Shown piece after piece: positions 13,651 to 25,460 of a stretch of DNA of 64,000 bases. The notes beneath the pieces are model-generated. The model worked only from the letters and a program-made list of their open reading frames with translations, searched no databases and was not told the origin of the DNA. The stretch is from Leucoraja ocellata (lineage: Eukaryota). Position 1 is the stretch's first letter; every line of letters starts with the position of its first letter. The stretch lies in assembly GCA_036785375.1 (NCBI GenBank), contig JAWMAR010000748.1, positions 496,001 to 560,000 on the forward strand. Direction: 5' to 3'. Position numbers and translations under genes: made by a program.

Positions 13651-15759
13651 ATGCTGATGCTTCACATGGGGAGTTCAGGATTTTGACCTGAAGAAGAGGA
13701 CAGCTCAGAAACATCCTTAACTGATATATCTGAGGATCTGCAGATCCTACAATGCCAGTGTGTTTGCCAAAAATCACACAGATAGCACAGCCTCCCAGGA
13801 ATTGTCATCCGGTGATCTTTCAGACAACGTCAAACAGGAGAGTATGCACCAGCCAGTTAGCCTGTGCTACACAGTGCTGGAATAACTCAGCGGGTAACAC
13901 AGCATCTCTGGAGAACATGGATCGCTGATGTTTTGGGTCAGATCCTGAAGGAGTTGACCGGCTCACCCATTCACTTGAGATGAATACAAATCCCAAAACC
14001 TCTCAACTTGCGGGTGAAGTTGTATTTGGCTCTGGGACTGGATGAGCCCAAACCTGCTGGAAATAAACAATGGTATGTATCTGTTTGGCAACATGTCAGA
14101 ATCCATGAGGAAGGGCATCGTCCCACTCGGGGAATAAATACAACAGGAATTGGAGAACCATATCCTTAGTCATCCTTAGTGAAGGCGGAAACAAAGTACT
14201 CGCTTAACGGTTCTGCCCTTTCTTTGTTTCCCCATTATAAATTCACCTGTCTCTGACTTTAAGGGACCTACATTTGTTTCACTAATTTTTTCCTTTATAC
14301 ATATCTAAAGATTGTGCGTTTTATCTGGGTGCTTCAGTTTCCACCCACATTTCAAAGACATATAGGTTTGGTAATATTGTAAATTGTCCCTAGTGTGTGT
14401 AGGATGGTGATAGTGTGCGGGGATTGCTGGTCGGTGAGAACTCAGGAGACTGAAGGGCCTATTTCCATGCTGTATCTCTAAATTAAACGGTTACGGCCAA
14501 GGATCCAATGGACTGGTGTAACTGATTGATCAAGTTCCTTGTTTATTGTTTATATTTGCGCAGGCTAAGCCAAGAAGAATGTATTCCTTCAAACACACGA
14601 CCGCAATTCTATTGATGTTGGAAATGTTAAGGGAAATCTGAAGTTACTGTAAAATATCCACCCGTTAACCGTTTTTTAAACTTTGTTTTGGTTTTCGTTG
14701 TATCAGGACACGCCTGACCAATATTTTGAGGCCTGCACAGTGTATGAAAAGTTCAGGTGTGTGGATTCCAGGCAACCAATGTAACCACACTTCTATAACG
14801 GCCACTTTCCAGGTCTGTGTCTAGACAGCTTAGATGCATTTGTAAGCCAGCTCTTGGAAGTTAATATGAGCAATAATACTTCAGAATGAGGCCAAATTAA
14901 ATCATTGTTTACCAGTTAATAGATGACAGTCTACCCTTATTCTTATGGACCTCTGTATAACGGATGTTGGGTCCAGCGTACAGCGCACCACCACAGTAAT
15001 TATCCACCACTGTCTCTTTAAAAACACAGACTGCTTGGTACACTGCTAGAGAGCAGGCCTGAACTACTGTCCATCTCATTTGGAGACCCTCGGACTTGAT
15101 TGGATTTTACTGGCTTTATCTTGCACTGAACGTTATTCCCTTATCATGTATCTGCACACAGTAAATGGTTGAATTGTAATCTTGTATTGTCTCTCCGTTG
15201 ACTGGTTAGCACACAAGAAAAGCTTTTCACTCGGTACAAGTGACAATAAACTAAACTAAACTGTGGGAGGGCATTGAAATTGACAAGCAATTGCTTCGAT
15301 CGATTCAAACAGCATTTAGTCTTTTTAGCTTGCAGGAACAAAAATACATATTTTGTTTAAAATTAACTGTATTTGAAACCAACTCATCGTTTCATGGAGT
15401 GACCATTAGGTGGGTGGAGTGAATCACTTTCTTGGTTTAAAGCAGACAATCGGCATTTATGGACACCATTCCCTGCTCTGTGGTTATCTGTACTATCATT
15501 CCAATCGTCGATCATCCAAAACCATCACCCATTTAGACATCGGCCAGCAGATTTTTAAAGTTGAGTGAACAAATTCCAAAGTACTGACCCAAAATGTCAC
15601 CTGCCCAAATCTTCCAAAAATGCTGCCTAACCCGCTGAGCAGGTTCAGAACTTTGTCTTTGGCTCAAGATTCCAACATCTGCAGTTCCTTGTGTCCCCAG
15701 AGCTCGTAGATACATCTGATGACATTGGTTCTTATTTGAGCTGGGAGCCTGCTCAATCA

Positions 15760-16820
15760 TCAACAGTCTGTGTGTTTTTTTATATTTTATTTAATTTTTA
15801 GTGCGTTTTAAAAGTTTGTGTAAATGTTCTCCGGTTTGTTTTATGTAGGGGGAGGGGGTCGGGGGAAACTTTTTTTTCAGTTTATTACCTTGCCGGAGAT
15901 GCGTTTGTTTTCCCTGGATCGTATCTCCGGCCGATCTGCGGCCTACCATCGATGGAGCTGGAAACCTCCTCGGACTGACTTTGAGCCCCAGCCCGGGGTG
16001 TGGACCTAACATCAGAGCCAATTCCCTGCCTGGGATCGCTCCAGGCAAGTCTGTGGACTTTACATCGAGAGCTCACAGTCTCGGGAGAGGCTAGTCGGGA
16101 GCTCCAACGACGCAGAGGCTCGACCAGTCCCAACGCGGGGTTCAATCGCCGGCGTGGGGGAGCTGACATCCCCCCCCCCCCCCCGATGCAGGATCTGATC
16201 GCTCTGATGCGGAGGGCTCAAACGCCGCCGGCTACGGGAGTCGAGAACATCCCGTCAACGGAGGGCTCGAGGCCCCTGACCTCGGGAGAGCAAAGAAGGG
16301 AAGAGATCTGAACTTTTTTATTTGGCTTCCTTCACAGTGAGGAATGTGGAAGAGTCACTGTGGTGGATGTTTCTGAGTCTGGGGTTCGGCCGTGGGCCAA
16401 CGGCTGCGTCAGCAGGACTGGTGGGCGGCAGCTTCGACCACCCCGGGGCGCGGTGATTGAGCCACGGGACTGTTTTTAACATCGCCAGGTGGGGTATCAT
16501 CTCATCGCAGAGGGAGAAGAGGAGGGAAGAGACTGCAGACCTAAGACTTTTGCCTCCATCACAGTGAGGAGGTGCTAGGTGGACTCACTGTGGTGGATGT
16601 TAATATGTGTTTATTGTTGTTTTTTATTGTATTGTATGTATGACTGCAGGCATGAAATTTCGTTCAGACTTCGGTCTGAATGACAATAAAGGAAATCTGT
16701 ATTCTGTAATCTGTTTATGTTAAAATGTATTTTGTATGTTCTGTCACTTTTTATTTGTATGACTGACTTGCCAAATGAAATTCCTCGTATGTTGCAAAAC
16801 ATACTTGGCTAATAAAGTAT
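15760..16820 (+). mobile_element. GC-rich non-autonomous retroposon with a related element nested at ~16373-16711
   Basis: Homologous to 3190-3745 (+) and 29391-30400 (-). Shared CACAGTGAG...CACTGTGG hairpin; LINE-like hairpin+AATAAA tails. Confidence 0.7.
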
Positions 16821-16827
16821 CTCATTT

Positions 16828-17090
16828 AGGCCATTTAAGACTGAGGTCAGAGAAAACGTTTCCACCCAGAGAGTTGTGAATTTGTGGAATTCCCTGCTAC
16901 AGAGGGCAGTGGGGGCCAAATCACTGGATGGATTTAAGAGAGAGTTAGATAGAGCTCTAGGGGGCTAGGGATATGGGGAGATGGCAGGCACAGGTTATTG
17001 ATTTGGAATGATCGGCCATGATTACAATGAATGGCGGTGCTGGCTCGAAGGGCCGAATGGCCTCCTCCTGTACCTATTTTCTATGTTTCT
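16828..17090 (+). mobile_element. CR1 LINE 3' fragment
   Basis: Same 3' end and (TTCTATGT) tail as other copies. Confidence 0.85.
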
Positions 17091-17208
17091 AATGATGACC
17101 ATGCTTTTCATTAATGATTGGCCTTTTTTTTTTATTTTCAAGGGGTTTGGGATGTTTTCTTTTGTCAAAGAAATAGTTAAATGCTTACTAATTGTATTTA
17201 ATTTTTAG

Positions 17209-17304
17209 GTATTGACAGAAGCTGTTGTAACCAGTGAGGCACCTATTTCATCATATGCCTGTCAAAGAAGGACGACGCTAAGAAATAATAACATGTTATT
17301 TACG
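17209..17304 (+). CDS. POLM: DNA polymerase mu, coding exon 3
   Basis: tttttag|GTA; VLTEAVVTSEAPISSYACQRRTTLRNNNMLFT (YACQR motif); donor GTAATA; 96 nt. Confidence 0.92.
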
Positions 17305-17586
17305 GTAATAATCAACAGACAACACAGCCCACTCACTCTGACCCCAAACCTTAAGCGGGAATTATTTCAGAGCTTGTTGGCACTTTCAGGGGAATGAGGG
17401 TGCTGCTCACATTCATTACTGGACCTGTTTACAAATGCATGTAAAATGCCACAGTTGTGACACGACTGAGCTCAGACAGTTCCCTACTCTCTCAACATTC
17501 ACAGTCAGGATTGTATGTGGAATGGTGGCTGTTGAAACAGATGAAAAAGGAAGAATACTTATGATTCAATATGTATGCGGTGGATA

Positions 17587-17775
17587 GACAAAAATGCTGG
17601 AGAAACTCAGCGGGTGCAGCAGTATCTATGGAGCGAAGGAAATAGGCAACGTTTCGGGCTTTGGCCCGAAACGTTGCCTATTTCCTTCGCTCCATAGATG
17701 CTGCTGCACCCGCTGAGTTTCTCCAGCATTTTTGTCTACCTTCGATTTTCCAGCATCTGCAGTTCCTTCTTAAAC
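17587..17775 (+). mobile_element. Palindromic Penelope terminal-repeat insertion
   Basis: ~73-bp near-perfect inverted arms plus ~36-nt unpaired tail; perfect 16-bp TSD atgtatgcggtggata (17571-17586 / 17776-17791). Confidence 0.88.
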
Positions 17776-18069
17776 ATGTATGCGGTGGATAACGTGAGCA
17801 ATTGTTTGAATACCTGAGAATGTTACGTTATAGCTCCATGAATCTTACAAGCCTGGGGCTTTGGTGTTGGGCTTGCAGATTGTCTGGGTTATTGGATTTA
17901 TTCCAATAATAATCTAACACGCTGCTAATTCACGCTTTTAAAAAATAGTACAATGATAAATGTACCAGTGACCCAGGGGAGCTTGTGAAACAATGCACTT
18001 GTAAATCTCAAGGAACCAGAGCCAGGTCAGGAAGCAAGCAGGGCTCTAGAGGGTGGAAGGGAATGTGGT

Positions 18070-18520
18070 TTCAACAACTAAGTTACAGAGATAGGTTGAA
18101 TAAGTTAGGTCTTTATTCTCTGGAGCACAGAAGGTTAAGGGGGGGACTTGATAGAGGTCTTTAAAATGATGAGAGGGATAGACAGAGTTGATGTGGACAA
18201 GCTTTTCCCTTTGAGAATAGGGAAGATTCAAACAATAGGACATGACTTCAGAATTAAGGGACAGAAGTTTAGGGGTAACATGAGGGGGAACTTCTTTACT
18301 CAGACAGTGGTAGCGGTGTGGAATGAGCTTCCAGTGGAAGTGGTGGCGGCAGGTTCGTTGGTATCATTTAAAAATAAATTGGATAGGCATATGGATGAGA
18401 AGGGAATGGAGGGTTATGGTATGAGTGCAGGCAGGTGGGACTAAGGGAAAAAAGTTGTTCGGCATGGACTTGTAGGGCCGAGATGGCCTGTTTCCGTGCT
18501 GTAATTGTTATATGGTTATA
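18070..18520 (+). mobile_element. CR1 LINE 3' fragment (second subfamily)
   Basis: RGDLIEVFKMMRGIDRV...WNELP; (ATATGGTT)n tail; homologous to 63870-64000. Confidence 0.88.
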
Positions 18521-18710
18521 TGGAACGGGTTTCCCAGCAAGAGGAAGGTAGCACAGGAACCAGGGCCACAGTAAGAGGGAAGTGAGCAAAGGTCAATGAG
18601 CCAGACATTAAACCTTCGGGAATTCCACACTGGCAGCAGATTACTGGATTTTCATTGTGCTAAAAATTGGCCATGTCAAAATGTATACACTGCAATAGAC
18701 TTCTCTAAAT

Positions 18711-19070
18711 AGAAACATAGAGAATAGGTGCAAGAGTAGGCCATTTGGCTCTTTGTGCAAGCACTGCCATTCAATATGATCATGGCAACTCATCCAGAAT
18801 CAATACCCCGTTCCTGCTTTTCCCCCATATCCCTTGATTCCGTTAGCCCTAAGAGCTAAATCTAACTCTCTCTTGAATACCTCCAGTGAATTGGCCTCCA
18901 CTGTGGCAGAGAATTCCACAGATTCACAACTCTCTGGGTAAAAACGTTTTTCCTCATCTCAGTCCTAAATGGCCTACCCCTTATTCTTAAACTGTGACCC
19001 CTGGTTCTGGACTCTCTCAACATCGGGAACATTTTCCCTGTCCAATCCCTTAAGAATTGTATATGTTTTA
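18711..19070 (-). mobile_element. CR1 LINE 3' fragment
   Basis: SRTRGHSLRIRGRPFRTEMRKNVFTQRVVNLWNSLP on the minus strand. Confidence 0.88.
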
Positions 19071-19127
19071 TATACATTTTATCCATTTTAAAATGGATTG
19101 AGATTAATCTTTTGTCTTGATATTTAG

Positions 19128-19298
19128 GAAGCATTGAAGGTTCTGGCTGAAAGTGCAGAGTTAAGTGAGAGTGAAGGGCGATACTTGGCATTCTCAAGAG
19201 CATCTTCAATTCTAAAGTCTTTGCCGTACACTGTGACCAAAATGGAAGACCTTCAAGGGATTCCCAATCTCGGCGTCCATTCCAGAAAGGTGATTAAG
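19128..19298 (+). CDS. POLM: DNA polymerase mu, coding exon 4 (8-kDa domain)
   Basis: tatttag|GAA; EALKVLAESAELSESEGRYLAFSRASSILKSLPYTVTKMEDLQGIPNLGVHSRKVIK; donor GTAATG; 171 nt. Not in the ORF track; translated by hand. Confidence 0.93.
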
Positions 19299-19401
19299 GT
19301 AATGGCATGATATGATTCCTATGGTCTGTCACATTCCTTGGATATCCAGCAGTATAACTGCTGTTTATATGGACCATTACTTGCATTGCAGTCACTTAAG
19401 T

Positions 19402-19924
19402 GGGGTGGATGATTGCAACCAAAGATCCTATAGATAGACCAGTCCTACTAAATGCAATGGGCTGACGTGTAGTACGCAACGGAGCGGAACGTGGGCCTTT
19501 TTTTCATCAATTTCAGTAACCCGACCCGACCCGACTCGCAGTGTAACCAACGTTGCGGGGGAACAGTTTGTGTTAATAAATTATAATTCTGAAAATGAGG
19601 AGAAGATTTTTACCAAAGCACTTTTATTTTTACGAGGATGTTTCCGTAACTGGCCTCCGTCTCCGCTATGGGATCTTTGGTGCGGAGACGGAAGCCGGTT
19701 ATGGAAATGGGGCCAAACATTACCCATGAATCTGCCCATGACCATACTATGTCTTTTTCGTCGAGTGGACTATCTTGCTCGCTATAGGATCTTTGTTTGC
19801 AACCTTCACGGGGTCCGCCCTGTTTCGATGAATACAATCAACCCGGCGTGCACAATCAAATAACATCAAATAGGACAGGTTGTCCTACAACTTTAGGCTG
19901 TGCACGCCATACGCAAGAAGAAGA
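19402..19924 (+). mobile_element. HDV-ribozyme retroposon, copy 1 (interrupted by a MITE)
   Basis: TSD agtcacttaagt (19390-19401 / 19925-19936). Ribozyme split by the insertion at 19420-19795, and the catalytic C is replaced by T at 19829. Confidence 0.9.
19420..19795. mobile_element. MITE with 14-bp TIR (P-element-like or hAT-like)
   Basis: TIR CAAAGATCCTATAG / CTATAGGATCTTTG; 8-bp TSD attgcaac / tttgcaac. Confidence 0.8.
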
Positions 19925-20067
19925 AGTCACTTAAGTCTTAATGTTGATGCAGAAAAATGAAATTACTTTCTAGAGGAAAAATTAAGATTAGAAAATGTCA
20001 AGATTGAGCGTTGCTGTTCTAGCTATTTGCAAGAAATGAAGAAAAGTCTCCTTTTTCTTTGCTGCAG

Positions 20068-20139
20068 GAAATCCTTGAAGATGGAACTTGTAGTGAAGTT
20101 GGAAATATACTCCAGAATGAGAGATATCATACTCTAAAG
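20068..20139 (+). CDS. POLM: DNA polymerase mu, coding exon 5
   Basis: gctgcag|GAA; EILEDGTCSEVGNILQNERYHTLK; donor GTAGGC; 72 nt. Confidence 0.92.
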
Positions 20140-20469
20140 GTAGGCCTGAGTGAGAATAGTGTTTTGCCATAAGTATATGGAGAATACACATGGAACAGAA
20201 GAGACTGCAGAAGCTGCAATCTTGAACAAATAAACAAACTGCCGAAGGAACTCGGAGGTCTGGTAGCATTTATAGCGGGGAATGGTAAGGACAGGCGACG
20301 TTTCATGTCGAGGTTGAAGAAGGATCCTGACCAGAAACATCGTCAGTCTATTTCCCTCCACTGATGCTACTTGACCCTGTGAGCTCCTCCAGCACTCTAT
20401 TGTTTGGACGATTCACAGATGGCTTTCAGGACCGAGTCTTGGACATATCAGGAAAAGTAGTTGGTTAGA

Positions 20470-20747
20470 ATGGCACAGCTGTTAGAGTCGCTGTCTCACA
20501 GCGCCAGTGACCCAGGTTCAATCCTGACCCCTGATGCTATCTGTGTGGAGTCTGCACGTTCTCCCTGTGGCCATGTGGGTTTCCTCTGAATGCTCCGGTT
20601 TCCTTCCACATCCCATAGAGCTTTGGGTTTGTCGAGTAATTGGACTCTGTACATTGTGCCTGGTGCGTAAGGTGTGTAGAACGGTGTGTGAATGGGCGAT
20701 CGCTGCTCGGCTTGGACAATGCTATATCTAAACTAGACTAAACTAAC
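20470..20747 (+). mobile_element. HE1-type V-SINE
   Basis: tRNA-like head, V-domain, tail. Confidence 0.78.
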
Positions 20748-21197
20748 ATTAATACAATGACTATTTCTAGGATAATTTTTCAGTGGTTAATGTCAATCGC
20801 TTTTTGAAAAGACCAACGTTTCGAAGGTAGACGCAAAATGCTGGAGTAACTGAGCGGGCCAGCCAGCATATCTGGAGAGAAGGAATGGGTGACGTTTCAG
20901 GTCGAGACCCTTCCAGGGAGTCTTGGTGTTCTCAAGCAAAGGTTCAAGTCAAAATGGTAATCCAGCTGCTCATCCAGAAGTTGCTCAGGAGATGACTATA
21001 GTATTTTTCAAATGATAGACACAAAATGCAGTGACTCAGTGGGTCAGGCATCATCTCTGGAGAAAATGGATGGGTGACGTTTCGGGTCGGAACCCTTCAG
21101 ACTGAAGAAGTCTGATTAAGGATCCCAACTCAAAACACCACCTACCCATTTTCTCCAGAGATAATGCCTGATTTGCTGAGTTACTCCAGCATTTTGC

Positions 21198-21510
21198 TTA
21201 GTTCACTTTAGTTGAGTTTAGAGATACAGTGCGGAAACAGGCCCTTCGGCCCATCGAGTCCGCACCGACCAGCGATCCTTGCACATTAACACTACCCAAT
21301 GCATACTGGAGACAATTTTACATTTATACAAGCCTGCAACCTGCAAACCTGTACATCTTTGGAGTGTGGGAGGAAACTGAAGCTAATAGACAATAGAATT
21401 ACCCGGAGAACATGGGGAGAATGAACAAACTCCGTACAGACAGCACCCGTACTCAGGATCGAACCCGGGTCTCTGGCGCTATAAGTCAGTAGCTTTATAG
21501 CTACGCCCCT
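21198..21510 (-). mobile_element. HE1-type V-SINE
   Basis: Full head-core-tail structure, inserted in a Penelope repeat. Confidence 0.8.
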
Positions 21511-22357
21511 GAGTCTATCTTTGGTATAAACCAGCATCTGCAGTTTCTTGATTCTGAGTTTCAAATTGCTTTTGTGATCAATTATAGCTTCGTGTTTCTG
21601 CTATGCAGGAAATGTTTCATCTAATTATGATATGCAAGCAGGGTTTTTGATAAATGAGACAAGTGCAGTCCATTGTCACAGCAACTTGCGCACAAAATCC
21701 AGGCTGACACTTCAGTCAGGTAGTCTTCTTCTTGCGAATGAAACATAAACCAAAGGAATAGTTAGATCTCAAGCCGGGTGTTGAGTAGCCAGGTTGTTGT
21801 CTCTGCGTCAAAGTCAGGTAGCAAAGGAATGTTGCAACATTGGAGAAAGTGTCTTTCATCTGAAGACCTGAGACTGGAATCTGGAGTGAAAGACAAACCA
21901 GTGGAAGAACTCGTTTCCTATTGCAGGGTCTCACCCCGAAACATCGATAAAGCTTCTGCTTCCACAGATGCTGCCTGACTCACTGAGTTCCTTCAGCATT
22001 TTGCTTCTTGCTGCCTTTCAGATGACATGTTAATCCAATATCCAGCTGTTCTCTGAATGGATGGGAAAAGATCAGCTGGCAGTATTTTAAAGAGCTGTGG
22101 AGGGTAGGCTTAATGTTTTGGCCAACATTTACTGCTCAATCAACATGTTTTAAAAAAAAATAAAATAACATCATCCCTGTTGTGAGTGTTCGCTACACAG
22201 AAAATATCTGCCAGAGATTGTGCATTAGAATAGAGACAAAACTGGAAATGCTATTAGATAGACGCATAATGCTGGGGTAACTCAGCGGGACAGGCAGCAT
22301 CTCTGGATAGAAGGAATGGATGACGTTTTGGGTCGAGACCTTTCTTCAGACTGCTAA

Positions 22358-22503
22358 AGGTACTGTCCTACTTATGCGACTTTTTCGGCGACTGCTGGCA
22401 CCCGTCATACGTTGCCAAAAATTTTCAACATGTTGAAAATTTTCGGTGACCTAGGACGGGTGTCGGCAGTCGCCGAGGAAGTTGCGTAAGTGGGACGGGC
22501 CCT
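22358..22503. mobile_element. PIF/Harbinger-like MITE
   Basis: Degenerate AGGGCCTGTCCCACTT TIRs; TAA TSD. Confidence 0.78.
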
Positions 22504-22674
22504 TAATGCTTTTAACTTAGCTGTGAAGTGCTTGGTTGAGATGGTTGTAATGCAATTGGAATTCTTTACTTATTTGCAAATAGCAATCAGCTGGACAGGA
22601 CCCTGTGATTAACTGTAACAAGTTGGTCAGTAACTGGTTACCCTGATGTGTAAGGCTTGTTTCTGGTCCTGTAG

Positions 22675-22815
<141 letters not shown>

Positions 22816-23739
22816 TAAAATACTTGCATTTTTTAAAATGCCGCTACGCAAAAGCACAACTTTTCGAAATATATTTTTGTTGCTGAAAGACTCTGGGATG
22901 AAGTGGGAACCAGCTAATACTTTGATAAATAAATCTTTCCAATTGTAGACAAAAGATCGATTTCCATTTTATAACAAGGAAGACTATTCACGGGAGGACA
23001 ATTTTTGACAATGTCAAATCTCACAGATGAATTATCAGAAATTCCTGTAGAAGTATAGGTAGGACACAAAGTCCAGGGAACTTGGGAACGTTAATGACGA
23101 TTTCTTGACGAAAGTCTGTATTGCAGTAGAAAAATGCTGAATGTCGTACAACACATGGTGAAAAAGTTACTTTTATAACAATCAAACAGGTTCGCTTCTT
23201 AATAAACTGACAACTCACAAACGTTTGGTAGACCAGTTCAAAACTTTACTTATTATCGGCCGATGGAAGTGGCAGGGAGAACTCCAGTCAAGTGAGCAAT
23301 AGAGACACTTCACTGTCCTCATTCCACTTCTCCGAACAACAGAATTACATCGTATTATATAGTGTTTTTTTGTCATCTTAGCACATTCCACAAACATTAG
23401 TTATGGTCAGAGGTACAGAGAATAAAGGTTACTACAGGATGCGTCACATCAAAGGCATTTTGTCGTATGGTACAAGGACAAAGGCATCGGACATTTGGTA
23501 CAAGATATCTTGCATATTAAAGGCATCAGCCATTTGTCAATACCCCTTAGTGACTCTCTCGTCACTTGGTAGACAAATGTTATAGTCATTCATTATCTCA
23601 ATACACAGCAACCTGAGGCAAGCCTAGACTTGCCTTAATCTACTGGAGAAAAGCCTGATTTGAGACTAAATATAAGCTGTAAGCTGACCCAGGAACCAAT
23701 TTAATATATTCTTATATTTTTAACATCATTCAGCCTTAT

Positions 23740-24660
23740 CAATGGAAGTAGAAAAATCTCCCAGCCGTGATCAGGTATATCCAAGGACACTGTGGGAAAG
23801 TGGACAGGAAATTGGATGAGAATGTTCAAGGAATGATTACGTTTGCAGATGCTAAAATAGGTGGTATCATTGATAAGGAAGATGGTTATCAAGAATAAGC
23901 AGATGATGATCAGCTGAGCATGTAGGTCATGCAATGGCAAAGGAGTTTAATTTGGATAAGAGTGAGCTCTTGTATTTTGAGACAACAAACCAGGGCAGGA
24001 CCTTCACAGTGAACGGTGGGCCCTGGGAAGGAATCAAGGAGTAAATGTACGGGTTCTCTGAAAATGGCGTCACCGGAAGATAGGGTAGTGAAGAAGGCCT
24101 TTGGCCCGCTGGCCTTCATCAGTCAGGAAACTGAGTATAGAAGTTGGAAAGTTATGTTCCAGTTGTATGAGAGGCAGAATATGGATATTTTTGTGTTCAG
24201 TTTTGGTCACCTACGCTTTTGGAAGGATGGCGTTAAATTGGAAAGAGTGCAGTGAGGATTTATAAGGATGTTGCCAGGATATCAGGGCTTGGGTTGACCA
24301 GGCTAGGACTTTATTCCTTGGAGCACAGGGGTCCGAATTTTGACCTTTGAGAAGTGTATAAAATCATGAGGCAAATAGATACAGTGGACTTTTTCCTAGG
24401 TTAGGGAAATCGAGAACTCAAGGACAGAGGTTTAGGGTGAGAAAAAAAGATTTAATAGGAACCTGAGGGGCAATTTTTTGTTTACACAAGGGATGGTGTG
24501 TACATGGAACAAATTGCCAGAGGAAGTAGTTAAGACAAGTACTATAACAACACTTTAAAAGATATTTGACCAGGTACATGGATATGAAAGATTTAGAGGG
24601 ATATGGGTCGATAGGGGTTCCTTGTTAGCATGGATGAGCCGGGTTGAAGGGCCTATGTGA
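23740..24660 (+). mobile_element. Old degenerate CR1 fragment
   Basis: Frameshifted FAD / VVKKAFG.LAFI / LERVQ motifs. Confidence 0.75.
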
Positions 24661-25204
24661 CTCGATGACCCTATTTATGGGAACGGAAAGAGGGTAAGGA
24701 TAGGATATTGCAGCATTGCCAAATTCATAGCTCACAGTTTTCTATTTTATTACACAATGGTGCCTGTTGGGTTTGCTCCTTGTGGATTTTGGACAGCTTT
24801 GCTTTACAACTTGGCAAAGGCTGAAGAAGCCTGAAGTGCCTGTTAGTAATCGTGTGAGACATTCAGGGCAGCAGAAACATTGTAGTGTTTGCACAGAGTC
24901 ACGCCATGATTAGCATACTGGCTTTAAAAAAAAACTATTTGAGTAATCCAGTGGTCTGGACTAACAAATCACAGATGTTTCATAGTTGCATAACCAGGCA
25001 AAAGTTTACCCCAAGCAATAGAGGTGAAGTTAGAAGAAGTAACTAAAGGCTTGGTCATGTTAGTGTGTTCCTAGAATCATGAATATGGGGAATTGAGTGG
25101 TAATTATCGTGCTTGAATGACGAGAGTCACAGGTCAGAATTAAAGAAATGGAGGGATGCTGCAATACTCTAGGTCTGCATGAAGTTATAAATGAGACTTT
25201 GATA

Positions 25205-25460
25205 TTAGAGATACAGCGTGGAAACAGGCCCTTCGGCCCAGCAAGTCCGTGCTGACCAGCGATCACCACGTACACTGGGAACAATTTTTACCGAAGCCAA
25301 TTAACCTGCAGACCTGTACGTCTTTGGAGTGTGGGAGGAAACGCAAGCACCCCACTCGATCACAGGGAGAACGTACAAACTCCCTCCAGGCAGTACCCAC
25401 ACTCAGGATGGAACCCGGGTCTCTGGCGCTGGATAGCAGCAACTCTGCCACTGTGCCACC
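25205..25460 (-). mobile_element. HE1-type V-SINE
   Basis: Head, V-domain and tail recognisable. Confidence 0.8.
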
